Shown piece after piece: positions 9,604 to 18,775 of a stretch of DNA of 64,000 bases. Location: contig JAUVXG010000002.1 in the NCBI GenBank assembly GCA_030603685.1, positions 3,415 to 67,414 on the forward strand, written 5' to 3'. The notes under the pieces were generated by a model, which was not told where the DNA came from, did not search any database, and saw only the letters and a list, made by a program, of their open reading frames with translations. This stretch comes from Pleomorphomonas sp. (GTDB lineage: Bacteria; Pseudomonadota; Alphaproteobacteria; Rhizobiales; Pleomorphomonadaceae). Within the stretch, counting starts at the first letter, position 1. Each line of letters begins with the position of its first letter. Made by a program: the position numbers and the translations under genes.

Positions 9604-9687
9604 ACTTAACGATCGAATCGTTCACGTAGCCTGCAGACTATATCGCGCCGGTGATCCGTACAAGAACAATCGTACTTCGGACGAACA

Positions 9688-10194
9688 ATGCCACAGCCGG
9701 AACCCATGCTGGAAAGAGTCATCGCAGAGCTGCGATCAAAGGCGCGAACAGTAGAGGCCGAGCTGGTCGCGTTCCGGCAAAGAGCAACTGCTTATGAGGC
9801 GGAATTAGTCGCCGAGCTAGAAAAAACCAAGAAGAGAGTAAAGCTTTTTAGCGCTGAACTTGAGGCGATGAAAGGCGAGAACGGTACGCGTACCGCTGAT
9901 CCGTCGATGCCTGCAGCCAATAAGCCGCAACATGCGAGTGAAGAAGCTTCAGAATACATAAGCATATCCGAACTTATAAGGCTCAACGCAAGGGTTATAC
10001 TGAAGGAGGCCGGCTGCCCGTTGCCACCTCGTAAAATTAAAGAGATATTAGAATCTAGAGGCGTAGAAGTTTCCGCCACTAATCCGAACGAACTCATTAG
10101 AATTGCATTGTTTCGCCAGCCTTCTGAGTTCATAAATGTACGAAGTAAAGGGTGGACGCTTGTCGGGAAAAATGGAAGACCAATGTATGAGTAG
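9688..10194 (+). CDS. Coiled-coil protein with a C-terminal HARE-HTH-like winged-helix domain
   Basis: 168 aa. The N-terminal half has heptad-like, E/A/K-rich sequence. The C-terminal part, LIRLNARVILKEAGCPLPPRKIKEILESRGVEVSATNPNELIRIALFRQPSEFINVRSKGWTLVG, resembles HARE-HTH domains. Confidence 0.5.
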   Translation: MPQPEPMLERVIAELRSKARTVEAELVAFRQRATAYEAELVAELEKTKKRVKLFSAELEAMKGENGTRTADPSMPAANKPQHASEEASEYISISELIRLNARVILKEAGCPLPPRKIKEILESRGVEVSATNPNELIRIALFRQPSEFINVRSKGWTLVGKNGRPMYE

Positions 10195-10289
10195 TGGGCG
10201 TCGGCTCGTGTGGACGATGTATATTGGATTTGCTTTCTCTGAGATCGGTATATACTTGTTGAAGGCGAATTTTTGATTGCTTAATTGCG

Positions 10290-11369
10290 TTGATACAATT
10301 ATTAGGTGTTAACCGTACATTTTACGCCCACGGCAACACGGATATTTTCTTGAAGAACACAGATGTGCGCGGCTCAGCAGGAACCGCTCGTTCCCAAATA
10401 CAGAGCTTCGAGGACGGCGTGGAGAAAGTCGGAAAAGTTCCCGCGCGACTCTATAAATACAGAGCTTTCAGCACCCGCATGCTCGACTCGCTGGTCGAGG
10501 ATCAGCTGTTCTTTGCGGATCCCGGCACCTTCAACGATCCTCTCGACACGAAGCCGTCGCTCGATCCCGACATCGATGCGGATGCGCTGGCAGATATCCT
10601 TTTCCGGCTGGTGGAGCGACGTACCCATGATGAGATGAGTGCTGCCGCCAAGGCGATAAAGTACCGCGGCCCAAAGACCGTTAGTCACATTGCTGAATAC
10701 AGTCGGAAGCGTGCTGAACGGTCGATTGCAGAGGTTCGATACAGCGCGACGGACCCCACTTACGAGGTGGAAGATCCCGCCAAGTTTCTTTTCAGCCAAT
10801 ATGTCGAGACTGAGCTCATGCGTCGGTATGAGAAGGGTATATTCTCTCTCGCCGAGCGGCCGAATTGTCCATTGATGTGGAGCCATTATGGCGATCAACA
10901 CATGGGAGTTTGCATAGGGTACTCGGTGCCCGAGCAAGCCGAGGGGGACCTTTACCGGGTTAAGTACGGCGGAGACAGGTTGGTCGCGGCTTCCGAAGTA
11001 GCCGCGATGCTCGATGGGGATGAGAAAGCTCGTCGCAAGGTGGACGAGGCTGTTCTTACCCGTAAGGCAGCAGCTTGGCACTACGAGAAGGAGTGGCGAC
11101 TGATAGGTCCGCGCGGCCTCCAGGACTCCGGTTTGGAACTGGAGGAAGTCGTGTTCGGAATGCGCTGCTCCGCAGCCGTGAAGTATGCTGTCGTTCGCGT
11201 TCTTTCGGATCGTCGGCGCCCGGTGACGTTCTCAGAGATTTCTGTGCGGCCGGGAAAGTTCACGCTTAAGAAGGAAGAAGTGTCCATGGATGAGCTCCTC
11301 GAATTTTCGAGGCCGCGGCGCTCTTTGGACGTCAATGATTTTATTGAGGACCTGGACGGGGGCGACTGA
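10290..11369 (+). CDS. DUF2971 family protein (start uncertain; a GTG at 10365 is also possible)
   Basis: The signature LYKYRAFSTRMLDSLVEDQLFFADPGTFNDPLD is typical of DUF2971. The upstream leader is AT-rich. Confidence 0.65.
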   Translation: MIQLLGVNRTFYAHGNTDIFLKNTDVRGSAGTARSQIQSFEDGVEKVGKVPARLYKYRAFSTRMLDSLVEDQLFFADPGTFNDPLDTKPSLDPDIDADALADILFRLVERRTHDEMSAAAKAIKYRGPKTVSHIAEYSRKRAERSIAEVRYSATDPTYEVEDPAKFLFSQYVETELMRRYEKGIFSLAERPNCPLMWSHYGDQHMGVCIGYSVPEQAEGDLYRVKYGGDRLVAASEVAAMLDGDEKARRKVDEAVLTRKAAAWHYEKEWRLIGPRGLQDSGLELEEVVFGMRCSAAVKYAVVRVLSDRRRPVTFSEISVRPGKFTLKKEEVSMDELLEFSRPRRSLDVNDFIEDLDGGD

Positions 11370-11503
11370 GCATGTATGCCCGCATGGGCGAGACCCGAGC
11401 AGGACTAGGCTGACGAGTTGTTTATTGTTGCTAAAGCTAGGAAGCATCCGAGAACCTGGATCCCGACCTTCTGGGGCACTTTGGGCCGAAATTCTCCAGG
11501 AGG

Positions 11504-11791
11504 TCAATTATCTACATTTTCGTCACTAGAGCGTCCCGGCTCTGCCAGCCGTTCTCTTGCTGACACTCGGAATCTGATACGGCCCAGATAGTCGTCGACC
11601 TCGGTTGCGACTTCTACCCCTAGGGTGGCGAGACACAGTCTGAGCTTTTCGACCGTTTTCGTTGATGTCGATTTGCCCTGTTCCATTCGAAAAATGGTCG
11701 CACGGCTGACGCCCGCCGCGTCGGCTAGCTCACGCTGCGACATACCTAGGGCTCGGCGACCGGCCCTTATCATCAAGTTCAGATCACTCAT
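11504..11791 (-). CDS. XRE-family HTH transcriptional regulator
   Basis: LGMSQRELADAAGVSRATIFRMEQGKSTSTKTVEKL is a classical Cro/C1 HTH. The ORF extends to 11893, but the ATG at 11791 avoids overlap with the divergent AAA+ gene. Confidence 0.75.
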   Translation of the reverse strand: MSDLNLMIRAGRRALGMSQRELADAAGVSRATIFRMEQGKSTSTKTVEKLRLCLATLGVEVATEVDDYLGRIRFRVSARERLAEPGRSSDENVDN

Positions 11792-11873
11792 GGCTCTGCG
11801 TGGCAGCTGACGAACTCGCCAGTTCTGAGCCAGCCGATTGAACGCGTCAAACGAGCGCATCCAGAAGACAAGA

Positions 11874-13940
11874 ATGAATCCATACGGACTCATAAAAGAT
11901 GCCGAATGGATTCATTCGGCGTTGACGAGTTCGTTGGGAAGGGCATATTCCGACATGCCGATCAGTGATTCGCGCATTGATGCGAACGGATTTGGAGTCG
12001 CAATGCCTCGTTGGAAATCGACGAAAGAAGAAAAGCGTCGTCCCATCTCCGCGTTGGAGACGGTGGGGCGGCATCAATTCTCAAGCGTGTGCGTCTGGGC
12101 ATCCCTGATCTCGTCGATCCGGCATCTGATGAAACGGATGGAGTCGGGACCGGTGACAGTGGTTTGTGTCGCGCCTTCAGGAACCGATCCGGCTCTCTAC
12201 GAGGTTGCCTGGGATGCTCTGTGCAGAAAGCTCGCGTGGAAGCTAGGCGATCCTAGGAGCGTCTCCGGGAAGGCATTCGTGTTTCCGGCAGACAAGGCGG
12301 GTGTCAAAGGGCTATCGACCGATGAGAGATGGTGCGCAGGTTTTGCTTCCGATGTCTCAGACGTCCCGGCTTCCTTTGCGTCGTACGCCGAGGAGGTAAT
12401 CTCCATTCGGCCCATCACGGCCCGTGATATGCAGGCCGCCGCAAGACTGACCATCGGGTTTGAGCTTGAATCGACCGAGATCTCGGGCATCATCACGTCC
12501 AATCTTCCGGCGTATGACCACATTTTCCAGATGGGGCGAAAGCGAGCGCAAGTGGCAAAGGCCATACGACTCGTAACGGAATCCCACGGCAAAAAGAGCG
12601 CGACACGGGGCAAGGAAACGCTCACGCTTGACGAACTCCCCGGTATGGGCGCCGTCACGGTGTGGGCAAAAGAGGTTATTCAAGATCTGGAGGACTGGAA
12701 GGCCGGGAAAATAAACTGGGCCGATGTGGACCGTGGTATCATCCTTTACGGTCCGCCGGGTACTGGCAAATCCACCTTTGCAAAAGCGATGGCGGGCTCG
12801 GCGAAGATCCCATTGATCGCCGGGAGCATTGCGAAATGGCAAAGCTCGGGGCATCTTGGCGACATGCTTAAGTCGATGCGTGGCGCTTTTGCCAGCGCCG
12901 TGCGGCAAGCCCCGTCGATCCTACTAATTGACGAGATCGATGTCGTCGGCGATCGAGCAAAATTCGATTCCCAGCATCGTGACTACGACAACAAAGTGGT
13001 CGCGGCTCTACTGGAACTGCTCGATGGCGCAGAGACCCGCGAAGGTGTTGTCGTCATCGGGACGTCCAACTTCCATCCGCGCGAGGTGCTTGATCCGGCC
13101 CTCATTCGCCCCGGTCGGCTAGAAGCGTGGGTCGAGATACAAAAGCCTGACCACGCCGCTCGGATCGAGATTCTACGGGTTCACGGTGCGACGATTTCCG
13201 AGACCGAACTCGCACGGGTAGCAGAGAGAACAGAGGAAAGGACAGGCGCGGAGCTCGAAGCCTTGGTTCGCGCGGCGAAACGCTTTGCGCGTCGAGATGC
13301 GCGAGCACAATGCATCGATGATTATCTACGTACGTTGCCACGAACGCTTCCATTATCGGATTCGAATATCCGACGAACGGCGATTCATGAGTGCGGCCAT
13401 GCTCTCGCCGCCGTCGTTCTCAACCACGGACGCTTGGATCGCATCAGGATCATTCGCGAAATCGAAGAGCATACGATTCAGACAGCGGCCGGCAGAACCA
13501 TGATTGAAATGGCCGCCTACGACCTACGATCTCGGTCGGATCTCGAAGCGGAGATCGTTGTCATGCTTGCCGGAATGGCGGCCGAAGAGATGATTTATGG
13601 GGAGTGGACCGAAGGATCCGGTTGCTCGGAAACTTCGGACCTAGGCCACGCCACCTCTATCGCGCTTTCCATGTCGGGCATGTTCGGCATGCAAGGCTCG
13701 CTCGCTCGTGTCGTCAACGACCCGAAGACCTTTCGGATTATCGATAGCGGCCTCAGGCGAAGCCTGGATGATATCCTAGGAGTCGCAATGGAGCGCGCCC
13801 GGGCAATCGTCCGGGATGGAAAGGATGCTCTTGTCCGTATGTCGGAAGTCCTGATCGCCAAGGGCGAGGTGACGCAAGCAACCGTTCTCTCAATCATTGA
13901 GGAAAACACCAACCGGGAGGTGTTCGGTGATCGACATTGA
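11874..13940 (+). CDS. Soluble FtsH-like AAA+ ATPase fused to an M41 zinc peptidase, with an unknown ~280-aa N-terminal domain
   Basis: Walker A is GPPGTGKS and Walker B is ILLIDEIDVVG. The second region of homology is ALIRPGRLEAWVEI. The peptidase part has HECGH (HEXXH) plus SDLGHAT (compare FtsH NDIERAT). No hydrophobic TM segments are seen. The ORF opens at a TTG at 11838, and the first ATG is at 11874. Confidence 0.8.
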   Translation: MNPYGLIKDAEWIHSALTSSLGRAYSDMPISDSRIDANGFGVAMPRWKSTKEEKRRPISALETVGRHQFSSVCVWASLISSIRHLMKRMESGPVTVVCVAPSGTDPALYEVAWDALCRKLAWKLGDPRSVSGKAFVFPADKAGVKGLSTDERWCAGFASDVSDVPASFASYAEEVISIRPITARDMQAAARLTIGFELESTEISGIITSNLPAYDHIFQMGRKRAQVAKAIRLVTESHGKKSATRGKETLTLDELPGMGAVTVWAKEVIQDLEDWKAGKINWADVDRGIILYGPPGTGKSTFAKAMAGSAKIPLIAGSIAKWQSSGHLGDMLKSMRGAFASAVRQAPSILLIDEIDVVGDRAKFDSQHRDYDNKVVAALLELLDGAETREGVVVIGTSNFHPREVLDPALIRPGRLEAWVEIQKPDHAARIEILRVHGATISETELARVAERTEERTGAELEALVRAAKRFARRDARAQCIDDYLRTLPRTLPLSDSNIRRTAIHECGHALAAVVLNHGRLDRIRIIREIEEHTIQTAAGRTMIEMAAYDLRSRSDLEAEIVVMLAGMAAEEMIYGEWTEGSGCSETSDLGHATSIALSMSGMFGMQGSLARVVNDPKTFRIIDSGLRRSLDDILGVAMERARAIVRDGKDALVRMSEVLIAKGEVTQATVLSIIEENTNREVFGDRH

Positions 13941-14280
13941 TAATGCCGACTCATTTGGAAACGATGAGGTTCTGGATAGGGAGATCAGTCGCCTGGAGCG
14001 ACTTCTGGTCGACCTACGACACATTCGGATCTATGGCGTGCCGGATGAGGTTTCACTTCAGGCCGCGCCGATATTGGATCGGTGGTCCAGGTCTTTTACA
14101 ACGGCTTTGTGCCTCGTCGGGAGCTCTACTGGCCATCCAATCCTTTCTGGTACCGACCGATACATCGCTACGAGTGATCTGTGCGTGATTTCGGAGCGCG
14201 GGAGTTGGGCGCGAACGCGGTCGAGATATTATCGGCTTGGGAGAAAGATCGATATGAATACGAAGTTCGTGCTTTCATGA
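13927..14280 (+). CDS. Small hypothetical protein, translationally coupled to the AAA+/M41 gene
   Basis: The ORF frame opens at 13897. The GTG at 13927 overlaps the upstream stop at 13938..13940. I recognise no motif. Confidence 0.45.
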   Translation: MIDIDNADSFGNDEVLDREISRLERLLVDLRHIRIYGVPDEVSLQAAPILDRWSRSFTTALCLVGSSTGHPILSGTDRYIATSDLCVISERGSWARTRSRYYRLGRKIDMNTKFVLS

Positions 14281-14389
14281 GGAACGGTGATTTCTCGCAG
14301 GAAAGTTGTTAATGAGCGTGTCCAAGGCGTAGGGCTTGCTGATAGCATCGGGAGCGGCATTGCGCCCGATTACATGAAGTGTCAGCATC

Positions 14390-17300
14390 ATGGACGCCGT
14401 CGAGAGAGAACCGGAAGCGGACAGAATTCAAAGGATCTTTCGCGATCTTAGTGATGAGGAGGTTGTCGACCTCGAACGGGTAAGTTCGCTCCTTTCCTTG
14501 GGCATGGCTGCCGGAATTGGGTGGAACGAGCTTCTACAATCCCAGCGAATTCTCATCGTTGCCGAGGCTGGTACCGGAAAGACTCATGAATGCCAGCAAC
14601 AGCAACGCTTGCTTTGGGAAGCTGGTGAACCTGCATTCTTCTTCGAGCTAGCCACACTGGCCACCACCGAACCGCGCAAACTTCTCAGCCCGGATGAGGA
14701 GGCACGGTTTGATGCCTGGCTCACGGCGCAGTCGGATGTAGCGACCTTCTTTCTCGATTCCATTGATGAGCTGAACTTCACCTCAGGTTCCTTCAAGGCC
14801 GCCTTGCTCCAACTCAATCGAGCTCTCGGAGGGCAGCTCGGTCGAGCTAGAGTTGTCATTACGACGCGACCGGTTCCCTTCGATCAACAGGTGACTAGGC
14901 TTTTGTTGCCGGTTCCGGAAAGTAATGATGCCCCCCTCAGCGCCGAGCAACTAGCCGATATTTCGCTTGGGCGAAGCGCTAAGAAGACAGACGAGACGGC
15001 TCCGCCGGCCTGGCGAAGCGTGGGCCTTCTACCCCTGAATGACGAGCAAATTCGTCAAATGGCCATTACCCAGCGCGTCTCCGATGTCGACAGCCTCCTC
15101 TTGGATATCCGACAGCGGAACGCCGAAGACTTCGCAAGACGGCCGCAGGATCTGATCGAACTCTGCGCGGACTGGAACAGTGCACGACGAATCCGATCTC
15201 ACGGGGAGCAGGTAGCCGAGAACATTAGGGTAAAGCTGCTCCCCCGACGCCAAGAGAAAGCCCCGCTGTCCGGGGATCGCGCACTCGAAGGCGCTCGACG
15301 GTTGGCGCTGGCTGCGCTATTGGCCAGAAAGCTGACGATCCGCCATAGCGCAGAGGCGGACCTGGGTGGACCGAGCGAACCCGCCCTCGATCCGGCGAGA
15401 GTTCTTTACGACTGGACCCTAGAGGAACGCGCCACCTTGCTGGAGCGTGCATTGTTCGGCGTCGCCAGTTACGGTCGCGTTCGTTTCCACCACCGTTCCG
15501 TTTTGGAATACTTGGCGGCCGAGCAAATCGAAGCGATGCTTTCTAGAGGGATGTCGATCAAGGCGGCGAAGCGTCTGCTTTTTGCGGAGACCACCCAAGG
15601 CTCCGATATCGTGCGCCCGTCAATGCGCCCCGTCGCGGCCTGGATGGCGGGAAGGCGCCGTGGCTTTTTTGACGAGGTGCTACGACGCGAGCCGGAGGCG
15701 CTGCTGAATCTCGCCGACCCCCAGGCACTCGATCTGGAGCAGCGACGACAGGCCCTGAATGCCTTCGTGGCCCGCTACGGAGTGGGTGGATGGAGAGGAC
15801 TAAGGGTTCCCTTCATTCAGGCTCATCGCTTTGTCTCGCCGGAACTGGCACCGGATGTGACCAGAATCTGGAACAGTGGAATCCAGAACAGCGAGGTTCG
15901 CGATCTGTTGCTCACGCTGATCGAAGCGGGGCGGCTGCTCGATTGCGAAAGCATAGTGCATGACTTGGCAATTGCTGATGATACCCCTCTCGGAGAGAGG
16001 CTTGCCGCCATCGATGCGCTCGTGGCGCTGAATTCGCCCTCGCTCAGCGAAGTAATGCGGCTGATGCAGACACGACCGGAGGTCTGGACGGATCAGGTCG
16101 TTCGCCGGATGATTCCGCGCGTTTTTCCAAAACACATGAGCGTGGAGCAGCTCTCATTACTGTTGAAGCGCGTCGGCGAGGATCGAATCCTCATAGACGA
16201 CCTCACCTGGTATCTTCCGCGGATCATCGCATCCCCATCGTTTCCGGATACCTTGCTTGAGCCCTTGCGGGCGTGTCTGACCGAGTGTCTCGTCGAGGGG
16301 GCGTCCTGGACGGCGGCATGGCCCCACTTCGCGACGGCAAGGGCTTACCTGGCACCGTCTCTCGCGCAGGTCTGTCTCAAACTGCTCGAAAATGGACAAC
16401 GGACCAGAGACACGTTGCGCTCCGCCGCCCTGGCTTTTCGCTTCGGCAACGATAACGGAATGTGTGGCGAGCCCATACAGAGGCTGCTAGAGGCGCGCGA
16501 AGATTTCTCAAGCGCCGAGCGCGAGGCGGCGTTCTGGGCCGAGGACGAGTTTCTCCAATCCCTCCATTCGGAGCCAAGACCGTTCGAGCGGCTCTGGGAA
16601 TTAGGGCGAAACGAAACACTAATGCCGACCTCGGAAAAAGACCTTCCGTGGATTCTGGCGGGCATCGGTGATCGTGGACGCTCGTTTGACGACCGAGCAT
16701 TTCTGCTGGAGATTGCGGGACGCTGCCTGCGGCCCGACGGGGTATCATGGCAGGATTATGCGGCCGCACTGAGAGTCAGAGTGAATGATCAGCCGTTGTT
16801 GGTCGCGACGATCGACGACTGGCTCAAGCCAAGGCCGGTGGACCCGCGGCAAGAGGAATGGCAACGCGAGCATCAACGCCGCGTAGACGAGCAGAAGGAA
16901 AAGGAGGCTCGGGCACGTGAAAGTTGGATCGCGTTTTGGAAAAGGGTCTCCAGCGACCCGAGCAGCGCATTCACCGATGAAAGCTCCTACAGTACTGTTT
17001 GGAACCTTTGGACGGCGATGGAGCGCGCCGGCGCTAACAGTCGGGCCTCAGGATGGAACAGACGCTTCATCGAGAGCAATTTCGGCAGAGAGGTCGCCGA
17101 ACTTCTCCGAGCGGCCTTGGGTCCTATTTGGCGCGCGGACCGGCCGACGCTTGCGATGGAGCGAAAGCCGAAGAGGCGGACAACGACCTACGTCCGATGG
17201 CAATTGGGACTTACCGCTCTAGCCGCCGAGTCCGAGGATCCGGGCTGGGCTCTGAAGCTGACCGATGAGGAAGCCGAGACTGCCGCTCGATACGCTCCCA

Positions 17301-18769
17301 TTGAGTTGAACGCTTTCCCGACATGGTTCGAAACGTTCGCTTCGGCGCACCCTGGCGTTCTGGACCGAACGATCGGGGCTCTTCTCACCTTTGAACTTAA
17401 GCAATCGGCACGTTCGTCACAGTGGTTCTCGCCGATCTTGCAGAACCTTACGCACACGACATCGGCTGTAGCCGCGTTGTTTATTCCGAGATTGCGAAGG
17501 TGGCTTGACGATTTTGGCGATCGGCTTCGCAGAGGCGAAAGCCTTGAAGCGGCGAGCGAGCGGCTGCAGCAGGTTATCGAGGTACTTCTCCAGCATGGTG
17601 ACACCGAGACAAGGGAGCACATCGTCTCACTCGCCAAGCGCCGACTAAGACGCCTCGGGCGGCGGTTTGAGAGCGTTTGGCTGGCGGTTCTTCTTCGGCT
17701 TGAGCCCGCAGCCGGAGTTGCAGCCCTCGAACGAATCCTGGCGCGGATCCCCGTCTCCCCCGATTCAACCGCTCTGGATTGGTTCGGCCAACTCTTCGGC
17801 GAGCGGCGCCGCGGAACGCTGATCGATCTTTCTCAACCGGGGTTTACTCCGGGCTTGCTGCTCCGATTGACTCGGCGCGCTTACATCCACGTTCGGCCAA
17901 TGGATGACGTGCGTCACGAGGGATCCTATTCCCCCGGCCGAAGGGATCATGCCGAGCGCGGGAGGGGAACCATTCTATCCGCCTTGCTTCAAACCAAGGG
18001 GCCGGCCGGATGGGCTGCCAAACTCGAAATGGCCAATGATCCTCTGTTCGGCGACTTTCGCGATCGGGCCTTAGTCGTTGCACTGGAGAAGGCGGCGGAG
18101 GAGGTGGACAACGCCGTACTGAGCGATACGGACATAGCCAACCTCAACCGTTTCAACGAAGCGCGCCCTACCAGCCGCGAAGCCATGTTCGCTCTTATGC
18201 GCGATCGGCTGGACGATCTCGACGAGTTGTTGCTGGAAGACGTCTCGCCTCGCGAAAGCTGGGCGAAGATCGACGAGGAGCGCATCATGCGCCGGGAGAT
18301 TGCCCGGGAGTTGCTCAATCATGCCAATAATTGTTACACGGTCGACCAAGAGGCCGCCACAGCGGATGAGAAGGAAACCGACATCCGTCTGAGAGCTATG
18401 TCCGGTCATCAAGGCGTCGTGGAGCTGAAGATTGGCGAAAAGCCGAGATCCGCAGCCGACCTACGCGATGCGCTGACAAACCAACTGGTAAGGAAGTATA
18501 TGGCAGCCGACGAGTGCCGGGCCGGATGCTTACTGATAACGCTCGCGACCGATCGGACCTGGAGCCATCCCGAGAGCGGACAGAGTCTGGCTTTCAAAGC
18601 GTTGATCGACTGGCTGAACAGCGAAGCCCAGAAGATTGTCGTCCGTGCGGCGGGGGAAATTCGACTTTACGTCAAGGGGCTCGATCTTCGCCCAAGGCTT
18701 GCCCCTGAAAGGACCGCGCCGATCAAACCATCGGCTCCTACCCGTCGCAAAGGACGAACGCAGAAGTAG
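14390..18769 (+). CDS. NACHT/STAND P-loop NTPase (1459 aa) with long helical repeats and a C-terminal PD-(D/E)xK-like nuclease domain
   Basis: Walker A is AEAGTGKT (aa 58-65) and Walker B is FFLDSIDE. VVITTRP matches the NACHT TSRP-type motif. The C-terminus reads ...KETDIRLRAMSGHQGVVELKIGEK...TNQLVRKY, a D...ExK arrangement (aa ~1331-1347). Confidence 0.75.
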   Translation: MDAVEREPEADRIQRIFRDLSDEEVVDLERVSSLLSLGMAAGIGWNELLQSQRILIVAEAGTGKTHECQQQQRLLWEAGEPAFFFELATLATTEPRKLLSPDEEARFDAWLTAQSDVATFFLDSIDELNFTSGSFKAALLQLNRALGGQLGRARVVITTRPVPFDQQVTRLLLPVPESNDAPLSAEQLADISLGRSAKKTDETAPPAWRSVGLLPLNDEQIRQMAITQRVSDVDSLLLDIRQRNAEDFARRPQDLIELCADWNSARRIRSHGEQVAENIRVKLLPRRQEKAPLSGDRALEGARRLALAALLARKLTIRHSAEADLGGPSEPALDPARVLYDWTLEERATLLERALFGVASYGRVRFHHRSVLEYLAAEQIEAMLSRGMSIKAAKRLLFAETTQGSDIVRPSMRPVAAWMAGRRRGFFDEVLRREPEALLNLADPQALDLEQRRQALNAFVARYGVGGWRGLRVPFIQAHRFVSPELAPDVTRIWNSGIQNSEVRDLLLTLIEAGRLLDCESIVHDLAIADDTPLGERLAAIDALVALNSPSLSEVMRLMQTRPEVWTDQVVRRMIPRVFPKHMSVEQLSLLLKRVGEDRILIDDLTWYLPRIIASPSFPDTLLEPLRACLTECLVEGASWTAAWPHFATARAYLAPSLAQVCLKLLENGQRTRDTLRSAALAFRFGNDNGMCGEPIQRLLEAREDFSSAEREAAFWAEDEFLQSLHSEPRPFERLWELGRNETLMPTSEKDLPWILAGIGDRGRSFDDRAFLLEIAGRCLRPDGVSWQDYAAALRVRVNDQPLLVATIDDWLKPRPVDPRQEEWQREHQRRVDEQKEKEARARESWIAFWKRVSSDPSSAFTDESSYSTVWNLWTAMERAGANSRASGWNRRFIESNFGREVAELLRAALGPIWRADRPTLAMERKPKRRTTTYVRWQLGLTALAAESEDPGWALKLTDEEAETAARYAPIELNAFPTWFETFASAHPGVLDRTIGALLTFELKQSARSSQWFSPILQNLTHTTSAVAALFIPRLRRWLDDFGDRLRRGESLEAASERLQQVIEVLLQHGDTETREHIVSLAKRRLRRLGRRFESVWLAVLLRLEPAAGVAALERILARIPVSPDSTALDWFGQLFGERRRGTLIDLSQPGFTPGLLLRLTRRAYIHVRPMDDVRHEGSYSPGRRDHAERGRGTILSALLQTKGPAGWAAKLEMANDPLFGDFRDRALVVALEKAAEEVDNAVLSDTDIANLNRFNEARPTSREAMFALMRDRLDDLDELLLEDVSPRESWAKIDEERIMRREIARELLNHANNCYTVDQEAATADEKETDIRLRAMSGHQGVVELKIGEKPRSAADLRDALTNQLVRKYMAADECRAGCLLITLATDRTWSHPESGQSLAFKALIDWLNSEAQKIVVRAAGEIRLYVKGLDLRPRLAPERTAPIKPSAPTRRKGRTQK

Positions 18770-18775
18770 CCTCGT

